The translations under genes were made by a program, and so were the position numbers. Positions 48,759 through 58,781 of a DNA stretch of 64,000 bases are shown here, in pieces. A model generated the notes under the pieces. The model was not told the origin of the DNA. It did not search any database and was given only the letters and a program-made list of their open reading frames with translations. Every line of letters starts with the position of its first letter. The first letter of the stretch is position 1. Source of the DNA: Vulcanimicrobiota bacterium (lineage in GTDB: Bacteria; Vulcanimicrobiota; Vulcanimicrobiia; Vulcanimicrobiales; Vulcanimicrobiaceae); contig CAVRQT010000003.1 of the NCBI GenBank assembly GCA_963723515.1, forward strand, positions 480,001-544,000. Reading direction: 5' to 3'.

Positions 48759-49994
48759 GTGCCTGATAATTTGTCGGGTTCCCGCAACGACAGAAGCAAA
48801 GCGGATGTCGTTGTGGGTGTCCAGTTTGGCGATGAGGGCAAAGGTCGCATCGTCGACTACTACGCAAAAGGGTACGATATCGTCGCGCGCTTCGGCGGCG
48901 GCGATAATGCGGGCCATTCGATTGTCGCGGGCGATACGGCGCTCGCGCTCCGCATTGTTCCATCGGGCGTGCTGCACAAGAACGTCGAGCTCTTTGTCGG
49001 CGGCGGAACGGTCGTCAGTCTTTCGGGCCTTATCGAAGAACTCGATGCGCTCGAGAGCATCGGCGTTAATCTTTCGCGCATCAAGATCTCCGATCGCGCC
49101 CACATTGTCTTTCCTTATCATGCCGAACGCGATGCGCAAACAGAGGCGGCGCTCGGGGATCGCGCGATCGGCACGACCGGACGCGGAATCGGTCCGGCGT
49201 ACGCCGATAAAGCCGCGCGCGCGGGAATTCGCTTCGCCGATCTGCGCGATACGACGCGGCTCGCGCGGATGCTGGGGCCAAGGGAAAGTTTGCTCGCACA
49301 GACGCGAGCCTATGCGCAACGCATCTTGCCGCACGTCGTCGACGGCGTTGCCTACATCCACGCTGCACTTGAAACCGGAAAGCGCATCCTGATCGAAGGC
49401 GCGCAGGGCACTCTCCTGGATGTTGGTTATGGCACGTATCCCTATGTTACGAGCTCGCATACGATTGCCGGCGGCGCCTGCATCGGGCTTGGAATCGGTC
49501 CATCAGCAATCGGAAAAGTGATCGGCGTTGCCAAAGCATACGCGACCCGAGTCGGCGGCGGACCACTTCCCTCCGAATTGCACGATGCGGACGGCGAACG
49601 GCTGCGCGGTAACGGTCGCGAGTTTGGGACGGTGACCGGCCGTGCACGGCGGTGCGGCTGGTTCGATGCGGTCGCCGCGCGTTACGCGGCGCGCATCAAT
49701 GGACTGACGAGCGCGGTGATTACTAAACTCGATGTTCTCACTGGATTCGAGCGAATCGGCATCGTTACCGAGTACCGGCTTTCGGGTGCCAAAGTCGACT
49801 TTGCGATGGCTGACGCGCCGGCGTTGCAGCCGGTAATCGAATATTTCGACGGTTGGAGCGACGACATCAGCGGCGTGCGAAACTTCAAGACGTTACCCTC
49901 AACCGCAAAGCGTTATCTCGAAGCGCTTCGCGATGCGCTCGGCGTGCCGCTGGAGCACATCTCGGTCGGTCCCGAACGCTCCCAGCTCATGTGA
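48759..49994 (+). CDS. purA: Adenylosuccinate synthetase (true start may be 48682; see findings)
   Basis: QFGDEGKG, GG.NAGH, IGTTGRGIGP.Y.DK, EGAQG, YPYVTSS, EFGTVTGR.RRCGW, TKLDVL. Confidence 0.96.
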   Translation: MPDNLSGSRNDRSKADVVVGVQFGDEGKGRIVDYYAKGYDIVARFGGGDNAGHSIVAGDTALALRIVPSGVLHKNVELFVGGGTVVSLSGLIEELDALESIGVNLSRIKISDRAHIVFPYHAERDAQTEAALGDRAIGTTGRGIGPAYADKAARAGIRFADLRDTTRLARMLGPRESLLAQTRAYAQRILPHVVDGVAYIHAALETGKRILIEGAQGTLLDVGYGTYPYVTSSHTIAGGACIGLGIGPSAIGKVIGVAKAYATRVGGGPLPSELHDADGERLRGNGREFGTVTGRARRCGWFDAVAARYAARINGLTSAVITKLDVLTGFERIGIVTEYRLSGAKVDFAMADAPALQPVIEYFDGWSDDISGVRNFKTLPSTAKRYLEALRDALGVPLEHISVGPERSQLM

Positions 49995-50398
49995 ACAGCT
50001 TTCGCTTCCCGTTGCAGGCGCTGCTGGATCACAAGACAGGAATCGAGGCGCGATTACGAGGCGAAGTTGCGTCTTGCGCAAAGGCGTGCGCCGCGGCGCA
50101 ATCGCACTTGAGACGCCTCACTGAAAAACTGAATCTCTGCAACAGCGGATCTGATTTACGCTTGCGCGCTTTGCACGCACAGTATCTGGACGATGCAATT
50201 CGCGAACAGATGCGCCTGATCGAAAAGTGCGAGGCGTCCCTTACCTCGGCGCAAGGCGCGCTGCGCTCGGCGGCGATTCAAAAATTCGCATTGGAGCGGC
50301 TCAGGGAGCGACGTTGGAAGGCGCACGTGGATGCGCAAGAGCGCGCGGAAGAAAGCGAACTGGAGGAAAGCAACCTGCATCGCCGCGCAGTGCAATAA
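49991..50398 (+). CDS. FliJ-like flagellar export coiled-coil protein
   Basis: MNSFRFPLQALLD N-terminus, LERLRE, C-terminal E..ELEE; GTGA overlap with purA. Confidence 0.7.
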   Translation: MNSFRFPLQALLDHKTGIEARLRGEVASCAKACAAAQSHLRRLTEKLNLCNSGSDLRLRALHAQYLDDAIREQMRLIEKCEASLTSAQGALRSAAIQKFALERLRERRWKAHVDAQERAEESELEESNLHRRAVQ

Positions 50399-50401
50399 AG
50401 C

Positions 50402-50692
50402 ATGCATATCGCTGGTTCGTACGCGATCGGACTTGCAACCGTCGGGTTAGCGCTGGCCGCCTTCTATATAATCGCGCGAGCATGGAAAGCCGGACGCTTT
50501 GGTTTGCCTTCGCAAAAGCGCCTGATTTCCGTTGTCGAGACCGCGATCTTAAATCAGCATGCCGTGCTGCAAATCGTTCGCGTCGGCACGCGCTATTACG
50601 CGATTACCGGTGCAGCCGCACACATTACGGTTATCGCCGAGCTGGCGGCTCCAGAGATCGAAGACTTCGCGCGAAGCTTAGAAGTAAGTTAG
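50402..50692 (+). CDS. FliO-like flagellar biosynthesis protein
   Basis: One TM helix, then ISVVET..L....LQIVRVG..Y...G.....ITVIAEL. Confidence 0.65.
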   Translation: MHIAGSYAIGLATVGLALAAFYIIARAWKAGRFGLPSQKRLISVVETAILNQHAVLQIVRVGTRYYAITGAAAHITVIAELAAPEIEDFARSLEVS

Positions 50693-51697
50693 CTGCCCCA
50701 CTTTGCCCGGGACATTTTCAGTGAAGTAGACCTTTCCGTCCACACCGAGCGTTAAGCCGAACGGCATTGCATTCGCAGTCGGAATCGCAAACTCGACGAC
50801 CGTTCCCTTGGTCGTATCGTACTGCGCGATCTTATTGCCGGCGGGATCGCCAAAATACAATTTGTTGTCGATGCCGACGACCAATCCGCGAATTGAAGCG
50901 GCCGGTGCGATCGACAATTCGCTCATCTGCCCGGCGAGGGTGATGCGTCCAAGTTTGTGCGCGGCGGGTTCACAGAACCACAAGGCGCCGTCCGGTCCCT
51001 GAACGATCGTCTGCGGCTGCGCATTTGGCGTGATCGTTGGATATTCGTTCGTGAATGAGCCGCCCGTGAGCATTCGCCCGATCGCGGATCGATTGAATTC
51101 GGTGAACCAGATTGCCGTATCAGGCCCTTGGAACAGCGAGTATGGGCCCGCGTTGGGTTGCGGAACCGTAAATTCGCTTAACAAGATGCCGGCGGTCGTC
51201 ATGACACCGATGCGGTTCGCGCCGAATTCCGTGAAAAATAAGTTACTCCCCATCGGCGTCCCGGCAGCGATGATTTCTTGCGGATGCGTTCCCGGGCTAA
51301 GCGGATATTCCGTGAATCCGCCCGACGCGGGCGTAATGCGTCCCAGCCGGTCGGCAGTCGAATACGTTATCCAAAGGCCGCCGTCAGGACCGGTTACAAT
51401 CGATGAAGGGCCGGCTTTGGGCGTGATCGTTGCATATTCGGTGACGGCACTCACGCCCGCAATCTTGGCGATCTTGCTTGCGATCTGCTCCGTTACCCAA
51501 ATGTTCGAATCAGGTCCGCGCGTGATTGCAGTCGGTCCACCGTTTGCCGTCGGAAGCTGGATCTCAAGCGACACATTCGGCGCAACAGGCGTTGGCGAAG
51601 GTGAAGGCCCAAAGAGATTCGGGTTGCCGCTGCCGCACCCGGCAAAGGCGAGCGCACAAAGCAGTGAGGTGATGAATAGCCCCGCGGAACGCTGCAT
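50678..51697 (-). CDS. Vgb (virginiamycin B lyase)-like beta-propeller lipoprotein
   Basis: Lipobox FAGC; repeated P..I..GPDG.(L/I)W.TE units. Confidence 0.8.
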   Translation of the reverse strand: MQRSAGLFITSLLCALAFAGCGSGNPNLFGPSPSPTPVAPNVSLEIQLPTANGGPTAITRGPDSNIWVTEQIASKIAKIAGVSAVTEYATITPKAGPSSIVTGPDGGLWITYSTADRLGRITPASGGFTEYPLSPGTHPQEIIAAGTPMGSNLFFTEFGANRIGVMTTAGILLSEFTVPQPNAGPYSLFQGPDTAIWFTEFNRSAIGRMLTGGSFTNEYPTITPNAQPQTIVQGPDGALWFCEPAAHKLGRITLAGQMSELSIAPAASIRGLVVGIDNKLYFGDPAGNKIAQYDTTKGTVVEFAIPTANAMPFGLTLGVDGKVYFTENVPGKVGQLTYF

Positions 51698-51730
51698 CGA
51701 TACTCCTATGGAAACGGATTGCTGTGGCGG

Positions 51731-53306
51731 TCAGTTCGCCGGGCGCGCCCCGTATCCGCCACCACCGGGAGTCTGAATCGCGATCGTATCGCCGGCAAGT
51801 AATGCAATGGTTGTTTTGGCCGGCAGCAGCGAGCGCGCGCCATCGCGCACGAGATGATGGTTTCCGCAACAGCCCGCCTCTCCACCGGAAGCGCCCGGCG
51901 GCCGCGTTCGGTGACGGTCGGCCAGCAACGAGCAGCGCGCCGTTCCGCCGGTCAATTGCAAACATCGGATCAGTCCATCGCCTCCTCGGTGACGGCCGTT
52001 GCCGCCCGTGCGATCGGCAAGCTCGTAGCGCGTAACGCGAAGCGGATAAGATCGCTCGATGGCTTCAATCGGCGTATTGAGTGTGTTGGTCATGTGAGAG
52101 TGGATGCCGCTCGGGCCATCGCTCGTCGGCCGCGCGCCCATGCCGCAACCGTTTGTCTCGTAGAAGGCCCAGCTTTCGCCCGTCGTCCGTTTCGCCGCCG
52201 ATCATCACGTTGCTCATCGTGCCGCCGCTGCACGCCGGGACCCGTTCCGGCGCCGCCTTCGCTAGTGCTTGCAGCAGTAAGTCGGCGTTCCGCATGCTGG
52301 TTTCCACATTGCCGCCGCCGACCGGAGCCGGCCGCCGAGGATTGAGCAGCGTTCCGTCCGGCACGTGAACGGTAACGGCGCGAAAACAACCGTCGTTCAT
52401 TGGGATCGTCCAATCGGTTACCGCGCGCAGTGCGTAGTGAATGCCTGAAAGCGTCACCCCGTAGACCGCGTTCAAGGGAATGTTCACTTGGGGCGAGGTT
52501 CCGGTGTAATCGAAATGCACCGTACCATCTTGGAGCAGAATTGATACGCGCAAGACGAGCGTCGGTTTTCCGGCTGCATCTTCTAAGTGGTCGCTGCACG
52601 TAAACGTCCCATTGCCCAGCTCTCTCAGATTGGCGCGCATTCGTTGCTCGCTCGCGTCGAGGATGCGTTCGGTTGCCTCTTCGAACGTCGTGAGGCCGTA
52701 ACGCTCGATCAACTCCAGCAGGCGCCGTTCGCCCGTGAAATTTCCAGCTACCTGCGCGCGCAGATCTCCGGCACGCGCTCCAGGCGTTCGGGAGTTCGCT
52801 GCGAGCCAATCGACGGCAGCTGCTAGAATCGTGTCGTTTTCGACCAGCAGCGTCGGCGGTACGACGAGACCTTCCGCGAAGAGATCCGCGGCGGTCGCCG
52901 AGATCGAGCCCGGCACCGAGCCGCCGACGTCCGTATGGTGAGCCTTATTCGCCGCAAACCCGACGAGCCGATCGGATGCAAAGATCGGTCGAATGACCGT
53001 AACATCGTTTAAATGCGTGCCGGAGATGTACGGGTCGTTTACCATCCACATCTGACCGGGCCGCAGCGAATACTGACGCTGAATCGCTTCCAACGTGCAT
53101 TTAAGACCCCACGGTAGAGATCCTAAATGGACCGGAATATGCTCCGCTTGCGCGATCAAACGGCCTCGCGCATCGAACAGCGCGCAAGAGTGGTCAAGCC
53201 GTTCTTTGATGTTCGGCGAATAGGCGCTATTGCGCACCGCGATTCCCATCTCTTCGCTTGCGTACAAGAGTGCGCTGCGAATCAGTTCCGGTACGATCGG
53301 GTCCAT
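51731..53306 (-). CDS. Hydantoinase B / 5-oxoprolinase subunit, frameshifted near 52180
   Basis: SPNIKERLDHSCALFD, HIPVHLGS, NDPY.GTHLND, HHTDVGG, GTMSN, then HMTNT.NTPIE and TPGGGGYG. Confidence 0.9.
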
Positions 53307-53307
53307 G

Positions 53308-53748
53308 CTAGCGCTCGTCATCTCCGATGCCGGTAAGCGCGAGCAGACTTGCGAACGCGCCGTGGCGATCGATGCTGCGCGCCCAAAGACGCTGTGCTCG
53401 CCGCACGCATCGCTCGCGGTCCCGCTGGACGCGTCTTCCGAGATGAACCGCATTGCAACGTTGCGCGCTCTGCAGCAGGATGTCGCAATCGTGGGCGTCG
53501 CCGAGCAGCTGCTGTAATCCGACGAGTGCGCGTTCGGCAGGATTGCATTCGCGCAGCGCGTTGCCGAAGAGCTCGAGCGTGTAGCGCAAGCGCTTGCAGG
53601 CGATGCGAAGGTCGTGAAGCGGCTCCGGTTTAGCATCCTCTAGCGCTGCGGCTTGTGCGAGCACCTCGGCGAATCGAACGCTGACGATTCGCCGCATTGC
53701 CTCCTTGGGGGTGCGTACATCATCAAGCGGAATTTCGCGGCCTTTCAT
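53308..53748 (-). CDS. Half-size CHAD-domain protein
   Basis: LHDLRIACKRLRY..E and LQQLLGDAHDCD motifs. Confidence 0.8.
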   Translation of the reverse strand: MKGREIPLDDVRTPKEAMRRIVSVRFAEVLAQAAALEDAKPEPLHDLRIACKRLRYTLELFGNALRECNPAERALVGLQQLLGDAHDCDILLQSAQRCNAVHLGRRVQRDRERCVRRAQRLWARSIDRHGAFASLLALTGIGDDER

Positions 53749-54155
53749 TTGGGCATTCTGAAGCGCACGTCGCGGACGGCCGCCTTTGCCGGTTTGCGCG
53801 CTGCTTTGCGCTGCTTGCGAAGCGGTTTGCAAACGGTATCAATTTCCGCGCGTTCGGCGGGCAATGCCAAGATGCGGTACCGCTCGAGCTTACGGATTAA
53901 GACGTCCGCATCGCGCACTTTGCCGGTCTTCTGGCCAAGCTCTTTGCTATTGTCAATCAGCCGCTGCGCGTTTCGAATGCAGCCGTGAAGGTCTTCAACG
54001 GCCGCGCGAAGACGTCGTGCGTGCGTTCGCAATTTATGGACGTGCGCACCGTTTCGCCACTGCTTGCGCGCTTTGCGCTGAATTTTGCGAACGTCGCTGA
54101 GCCGGCGACCAACGAGCATATTCGCCCAAGCGACAACGTCGGGCGGCGCACTCAT
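53745..54155 (-). CDS. Half-size CHAD-domain protein
   Basis: VHKLRTHARRLRA and G.VRDADV motifs; very basic. Confidence 0.75.
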   Translation of the reverse strand: MSAPPDVVAWANMLVGRRLSDVRKIQRKARKQWRNGAHVHKLRTHARRLRAAVEDLHGCIRNAQRLIDNSKELGQKTGKVRDADVLIRKLERYRILALPAERAEIDTVCKPLRKQRKAARKPAKAAVRDVRFRMPK

Positions 54156-56198
54156 CTTTCGCCTCGCAAGAAGATGGCGTCTTCGTTGAGAGTTGCGCTC
54201 CACCGCTGCGGTATCAACGTTGTGCCATCGTACTCATCCACGATTGCCGGACCCTTGATTCCCCGTGCAAGAGCCCCTCGTTCAACGACCGGAACTTCTC
54301 GCCACGCTCCATCGATCCAGAGCGCGCGACGAGCCGCCCCCGTCACTGCATGTTGCTCAAAGCGATAGGGCAGGGTTTTCCGCGGCGCCGTTGCCGAGAC
54401 GCGAGCGTTGACGATTTCAACCGGTTCGTCGGCAACGCTGTACCCGTATGCTGTCGCGTGCGCTTGGTGGAATGCCGCAACGCTGTCGGCCACCGTTTCC
54501 TTCGAAAGCACATTCAGTTCGTAACTTTGTCCTTGGTAGCGCATATCGAGAGCCTGCGTGAACGTCACATCGTCGAAAGCGATGCGGTCGCGCTCCAGTT
54601 GCGGGCGTAGCTGATTCAGAGCCCGCTCTTGCAATGCCGCAAAGGTCGTTCGCAGATCTTCGTCGGTCATCTGCGTGCGCAGTATGGGCGATGCGGCGCT
54701 GCTTTGCAGCGGCGCGACGATCAGTCCAAAGGCCGAAAAGACCCCGGGCGACGCGGGCACAACGACTGATTGGATCCCGAGCGCTTCGGCGACGGCGCAG
54801 GCGTGCAGCGGCCCGTTACCGCCGAAGGCAAAAAGCGTGAATTCACGCGGATCAAGCCCGCGCTCGACCGTCACGATGCGCAGAATTTTCGCCATCTCGT
54901 TATCGATCAACCGGACGACGCCGTCGGCCGCTTCTATCGTTGACATGCCGGCTCGCGATGCGATCGAAGCGAGCGCCGCGTGCGATCGCTGCGCATCAAT
55001 TGGAAACGTTCCCCCGAGCAACGCATCGCTTCGCAGACGTCCTAAGACAATATTCGCATCGGTAACGGTCGCAAAATCTGCTTTCCCGTAACATGCCGGT
55101 CCTGGATCAGCGCCGGCGGATTGCGGGCCAACCTGCAATCCATGCGCTTCATCGGTTGAGGCAATTGTGCCGCCGCCGGCGCTCGCCTCAGCAAGGTCGA
55201 TGATCGGGAACCTGACCGGATAACCGCTTCCCTTTGCCGGGCGGCCCCCGTGGACGGTGCCGGCGGCTTCGAATTCGTGCGCTACTTGGACGCGACCGTC
55301 GAGGATCGTGCCCGCTTTGGCAGTTGTGCCGCCCATATCAAACGAGAGAACGCGCGCGATGCCGAATCGCTTTGCGAGCGCCGCGGCCGCGATCACGCCA
55401 CTGGCGGGGCCGCTCTCGATCAGCGTCGCCGGTGCGCCGGCAACATCTTGCGCGTCTCGCATCCCGCCCTGCGATTGCATAACGTAGAGCGGTGCGCGAA
55501 TGCCGAGCGCACCGACGCCTCGACGCAACGTGTCAACGTAGTGGCCGACGATCGGAGACAATGCGGCATTTACGACAGCAGTCGAAAAGCGCTCGTATTC
55601 ACGATATTCGGGATTGATTTGCGCCGATTGCGTGACTGCCGCCTCGGGAAGAGCATCCGCGACCATCGCGGCGACACGCTGTTCGTGGGCGGGATTGGCA
55701 TACGAGTTTAAGAGCCCGACGGCGACCGTGCGGATGCCGGCGTCGCCGTACGTGTTCGATCGCCGCGCGAACGTCGCCATCATTGAGTGCCGTCACGACA
55801 TCGCCGCGATAATCGACGCGTTCGCGAACGCTGAGGCGATCCTCGCGTTTCACGAGCGGCCTCGGCCGTTCGACGAAGAGGTTGTAGAGCTCGCTGCGGT
55901 TCTGACGGCCGATCTCGATCAGATCTCTGAATCCAGCCGTGGTGATCAAAGCAACGCGAGGCAGCTCCAAGCCGACCTGTCCCAACAATGCATTAGTGGC
56001 AATCGTCGTCGAGTGGCAGAGCAGTGCAATTTCCGCGTTCGCGTGCTCGGTCTGGAATAGACGCAGCGCATTCAGGACGGCCTTCGCGGGCTCGGCCGGG
56101 GTCGAGGACACTTTGAGCGTCGCAACGGCTCCGTTTTCGTCGACGGCAACGAGGTCCGTAAACGTTCCACCGACGTCAATGCCGATCTGGTAAGGCAT
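54152..56198 (-). CDS. Hydantoinase A / 5-oxoprolinase ATP-binding subunit, frameshifted near 55750
   Basis: GIDVGGTFTD, HSTT.ATNALL, EYER.ST, ESGPASG, DMGGTT, SAGADPGPACY, AFGGNGPLH, RYQGQ. Confidence 0.9.
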
Positions 56199-56238
56199 CC
56201 GCGCGCTTTCTCGGCGCTGTTGAGGTTACCCTGAGGCG

Positions 56239-56526
56239 CTACAAACGCAAGAAGAAGACCAGAGCAAGAACGCTAAGCGCGGCCCCGATTTGCAGCGCGA
56301 GCACTTTTAAAGCCGCACTGCGTTTTTGCGGGAGCCAGATGATCGCGAAAAATGCAATGATCGCCGCTTGGAGCGGCATCAAGAGCTGAAAGAGATGCGC
56401 TTCAGTGCCTTCATCTGGACTACGCACTAGTCCAAAAGAAATAACGTGAACCACGATCAGCACAATCAGAAATGCGGAAATAACGGGCGGAATAAAGGCA
56501 CTGGGACGCCGCAACAGCATGAGCAT
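56239..56526 (-). CDS. Small three-TM membrane protein
   Basis: PSAFIP...DEGTEAHLFQLL between hydrophobic helices. Confidence 0.6.
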   Translation of the reverse strand: MLMLLRRPSAFIPPVISAFLIVLIVVHVISFGLVRSPDEGTEAHLFQLLMPLQAAIIAFFAIIWLPQKRSAALKVLALQIGAALSVLALVFFLRL

Positions 56527-56531
56527 TTCGA

Positions 56532-56550
56532 TACTTTGTAATACAAAGTA
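56532..56550. promoter_or_regulatory. AT-rich palindromic operator candidate
   Basis: TACTTTGTA-A-TACAAAGTA, 5 nt upstream of ATG 56526 on the minus strand. Confidence 0.55.
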
Positions 56551-56567
56551 AGCACGGAAAGTCCCTA

Positions 56568-56596
56568 TTGACATCGAACATATGTTCGATTAGCAT
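56568..56596 (+). promoter_or_regulatory. imuA promoter with a LexA box in the spacer
   Basis: TTGACA-N17-TAGCAT; perfect palindrome ATCGAACATATGTTCGAT at 56573-90. Confidence 0.9.
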
Positions 56597-56604
56597 GGTG
56601 TCCC

Positions 56605-57324
56605 ATGGCTGCCGCGGTTGCTCTAAGTCCCGATCCTGAGCCCCGCCCGGAGCAGCGCCGAAGGGCCTTCGCCGAGTTGAAGGCCGACCTCGACGCGCGA
56701 CATCAAGCGACCCTCTCCGCGCGCTTCACGGCGGCCGATTCCACGCTGATTCGGACCGGCTTCACAGCGCTCGACGCTGCGCTCGGCGGCGGTTTGGTGC
56801 GTGGAACGATCGCGGCTTTCGAAGGTGAGGAAAGCTCCGGACGGACCGCTGTCGCGGCGCGTTTACTCGCCGCGCAAACGCATCGCGGTTTGGCAGCGGC
56901 AATCGACGACGGTTCGCTCTATCCGCCGGCGTTAGTCGCTGCCGGCGTCTTGCTCGAGCGACTGCTCGTGATGCCGGTCAGCGATCCGATCGGCATCGTG
57001 CGCGCTGCGGACATTTTGCTGCGTTCCCGAGCGTTCGGAATCACGTTGATGCCGATCGTTTCCGTGAAAGGAAAACTCTGGGGGCGGTTGGCGAGCTTAA
57101 CGCATCATGCGGGTGCGCTGTTGCTGACGCTAGGTGAAGAAGGTAATCCTGAACTTGGGTATTTTTCCAGCGCGCGGATCCGATTTCGCATCGCTAACGT
57201 CCATTGGACCGACCGCTTCGGGCCATTCGCGCAGCTTGGCGGCTACGACATCCATGCCGACGTCCTTAAAAATAAGCATGCCGCGCCGGGACGCGCTGCC
57301 GATATCTCGGTCGGTGCGGCATGA
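56605..57324 (+). CDS. imuA: ImuA-like RecA-family protein
   Basis: TGFTALDAALGGGL.RG, degenerate Walker A GEESSGRT, L.AAGV.LERL; first gene of the SOS cassette. Confidence 0.8.
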   Translation: MAAAVALSPDPEPRPEQRRRAFAELKADLDARHQATLSARFTAADSTLIRTGFTALDAALGGGLVRGTIAAFEGEESSGRTAVAARLLAAQTHRGLAAAIDDGSLYPPALVAAGVLLERLLVMPVSDPIGIVRAADILLRSRAFGITLMPIVSVKGKLWGRLASLTHHAGALLLTLGEEGNPELGYFSSARIRFRIANVHWTDRFGPFAQLGGYDIHADVLKNKHAAPGRAADISVGAA

Positions 57325-58781
57325 GCTTGTTGTGCATGCACGTTCCGGCATATCGTTTGGAAGTTGCGCTTCGCGAACGAGCCGGCGTCTGCAATCCGGC
57401 GGTGATTTTGGCAAATCAGCTTGAGCGGGGGCATGTGATCGAGGCGACGCCGGAAGCGCGACGCTGCGGCGTGCGCATTGGGATGACGCTCGTTCAAGGG
57501 CAAGCTGCGGCGCCGGATGCTACGCTGCTCCTGTACGATCAAACACGCTGCGCGCAACTCTGGGATGACATCCTCGATGCGCTCGATCGCGTCTCTCCGC
57601 TGATCGATTCCAACGTGGAAGGCACCGCGTATCTCGATATGCGTGGCATTGCCGGCTCGCCGCAAGAGTGGATCGCCCAGGCGAAAAACGCAATCGCGCA
57701 TGTCGCATTGCCGTTTCGAGCCGGGATAGCGGAGAATAAATTTGCAGCGCGCGCCGCCGCGATCGTGCGCGACGGCACCCTTTGCGGCAATGGAGAGGAG
57801 TGCCGGCTCGTTGCGCCGCTCAAAGTTGGAACGCTCGATGTCGAGCCCGAAGTCATCGCGCGCTTAGAATTGCTCGGCATCACCACGTTGGAGCAGCTTG
57901 CGGCGCTTCCTCATGGACCATTCGTGCGCCGGTTCGGCACTCGCGCATCCCGGTGGCACCAGAATGCGCAAGGCATCGATCGCACGCCGTTTCTGCCACG
58001 CGCACACCAATTGCAAATTACGGCCGCGCTGTATGGAGAAGGCAGCGTTGAATATGAAGAGCAGGTTTACTTCGCGTTACGAATGCTGGTCGAGCGCCTG
58101 CATGAGGATCTCAACCGCTTAGGAAAGCGGGCCGCGCTGTTGCAGCTCCAGCTCGAATGCGAAAATGGAGATCGCCCTGAAGTCGTCGTTCGAATCGCGC
58201 AACCAACCGCGGAACGCACGATGCTCTTCGATCTGCTGCGCGCGAATGTCGAAGGGCTTCGTTTTGACTCGCCGATTACCGGCCTACGGCTGCAAGCGAC
58301 GGAGTTAGAAAGCGGCGGAACGCCTGCGACGCTTTTTTCGGGGAGCGATCCGGATCCACGTGCAGTTGAACTCGCGCTCGCGCGTCTCGAATCGGCGCTA
58401 GGCACGACGGCAACGCGTGCCTCGCTCGTACCGGCAAACCGCTTGGAATCGAAATTTACCTATGAACGCTTTGGACGGATCCCCGCTCGCTCAAACGAGC
58501 CGCACTCCGTTGATGAGCCGAACGCTCACATTCTCGCGCCACCACAGTTGCGGCTCTTGAAGGTTCGTGAAATCGACGTCGTGACACTCGAGGATGCTCC
58601 GTCGTTTGTCGGTTCGCCGCCCCAAACGGTGCTGCGCTTTGCGGGGCCATGGCGAATCGACGAAGCGTGGTTCGACCGGCGTATCGCGCGCGATGAATAC
58701 GACGTGCTGCTCGAAGATGGTTCGCTGTATCGGATTTTCCGCCAAGGCGCGCATTGGTATCTGCGCGGCGCCTATGATTGA
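57321..58781 (+). CDS. imuB: ImuB, inactive Y-family polymerase
   Basis: A...GV..GM, LGITTL..LA.L, RRFG, C-terminal GPWR....W; no catalytic D-x-D/E motifs. Confidence 0.85.
   Translation: MSLLCMHVPAYRLEVALRERAGVCNPAVILANQLERGHVIEATPEARRCGVRIGMTLVQGQAAAPDATLLLYDQTRCAQLWDDILDALDRVSPLIDSNVEGTAYLDMRGIAGSPQEWIAQAKNAIAHVALPFRAGIAENKFAARAAAIVRDGTLCGNGEECRLVAPLKVGTLDVEPEVIARLELLGITTLEQLAALPHGPFVRRFGTRASRWHQNAQGIDRTPFLPRAHQLQITAALYGEGSVEYEEQVYFALRMLVERLHEDLNRLGKRAALLQLQLECENGDRPEVVVRIAQPTAERTMLFDLLRANVEGLRFDSPITGLRLQATELESGGTPATLFSGSDPDPRAVELALARLESALGTTATRASLVPANRLESKFTYERFGRIPARSNEPHSVDEPNAHILAPPQLRLLKVREIDVVTLEDAPSFVGSPPQTVLRFAGPWRIDEAWFDRRIARDEYDVLLEDGSLYRIFRQGAHWYLRGAYD

Noticed and set aside
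50678..51697. Streptogramin resistance gene vgb
   Set aside because: It is a lipoprotein with generic Vgb-like propeller repeats; the fold alone does not support a resistance function
1327..56198. Frameshifts in plsC, the GNAT gene, hppA, hyuA, hyuB and the 28254 gene as programmed frameshifting or true pseudogenes
   Set aside because: They are single-base shifts, mostly in short G/C runs, in otherwise intact genes and with no shared slippery motif. Long-read indel error is the simplest explanation; raw reads are needed to confirm.
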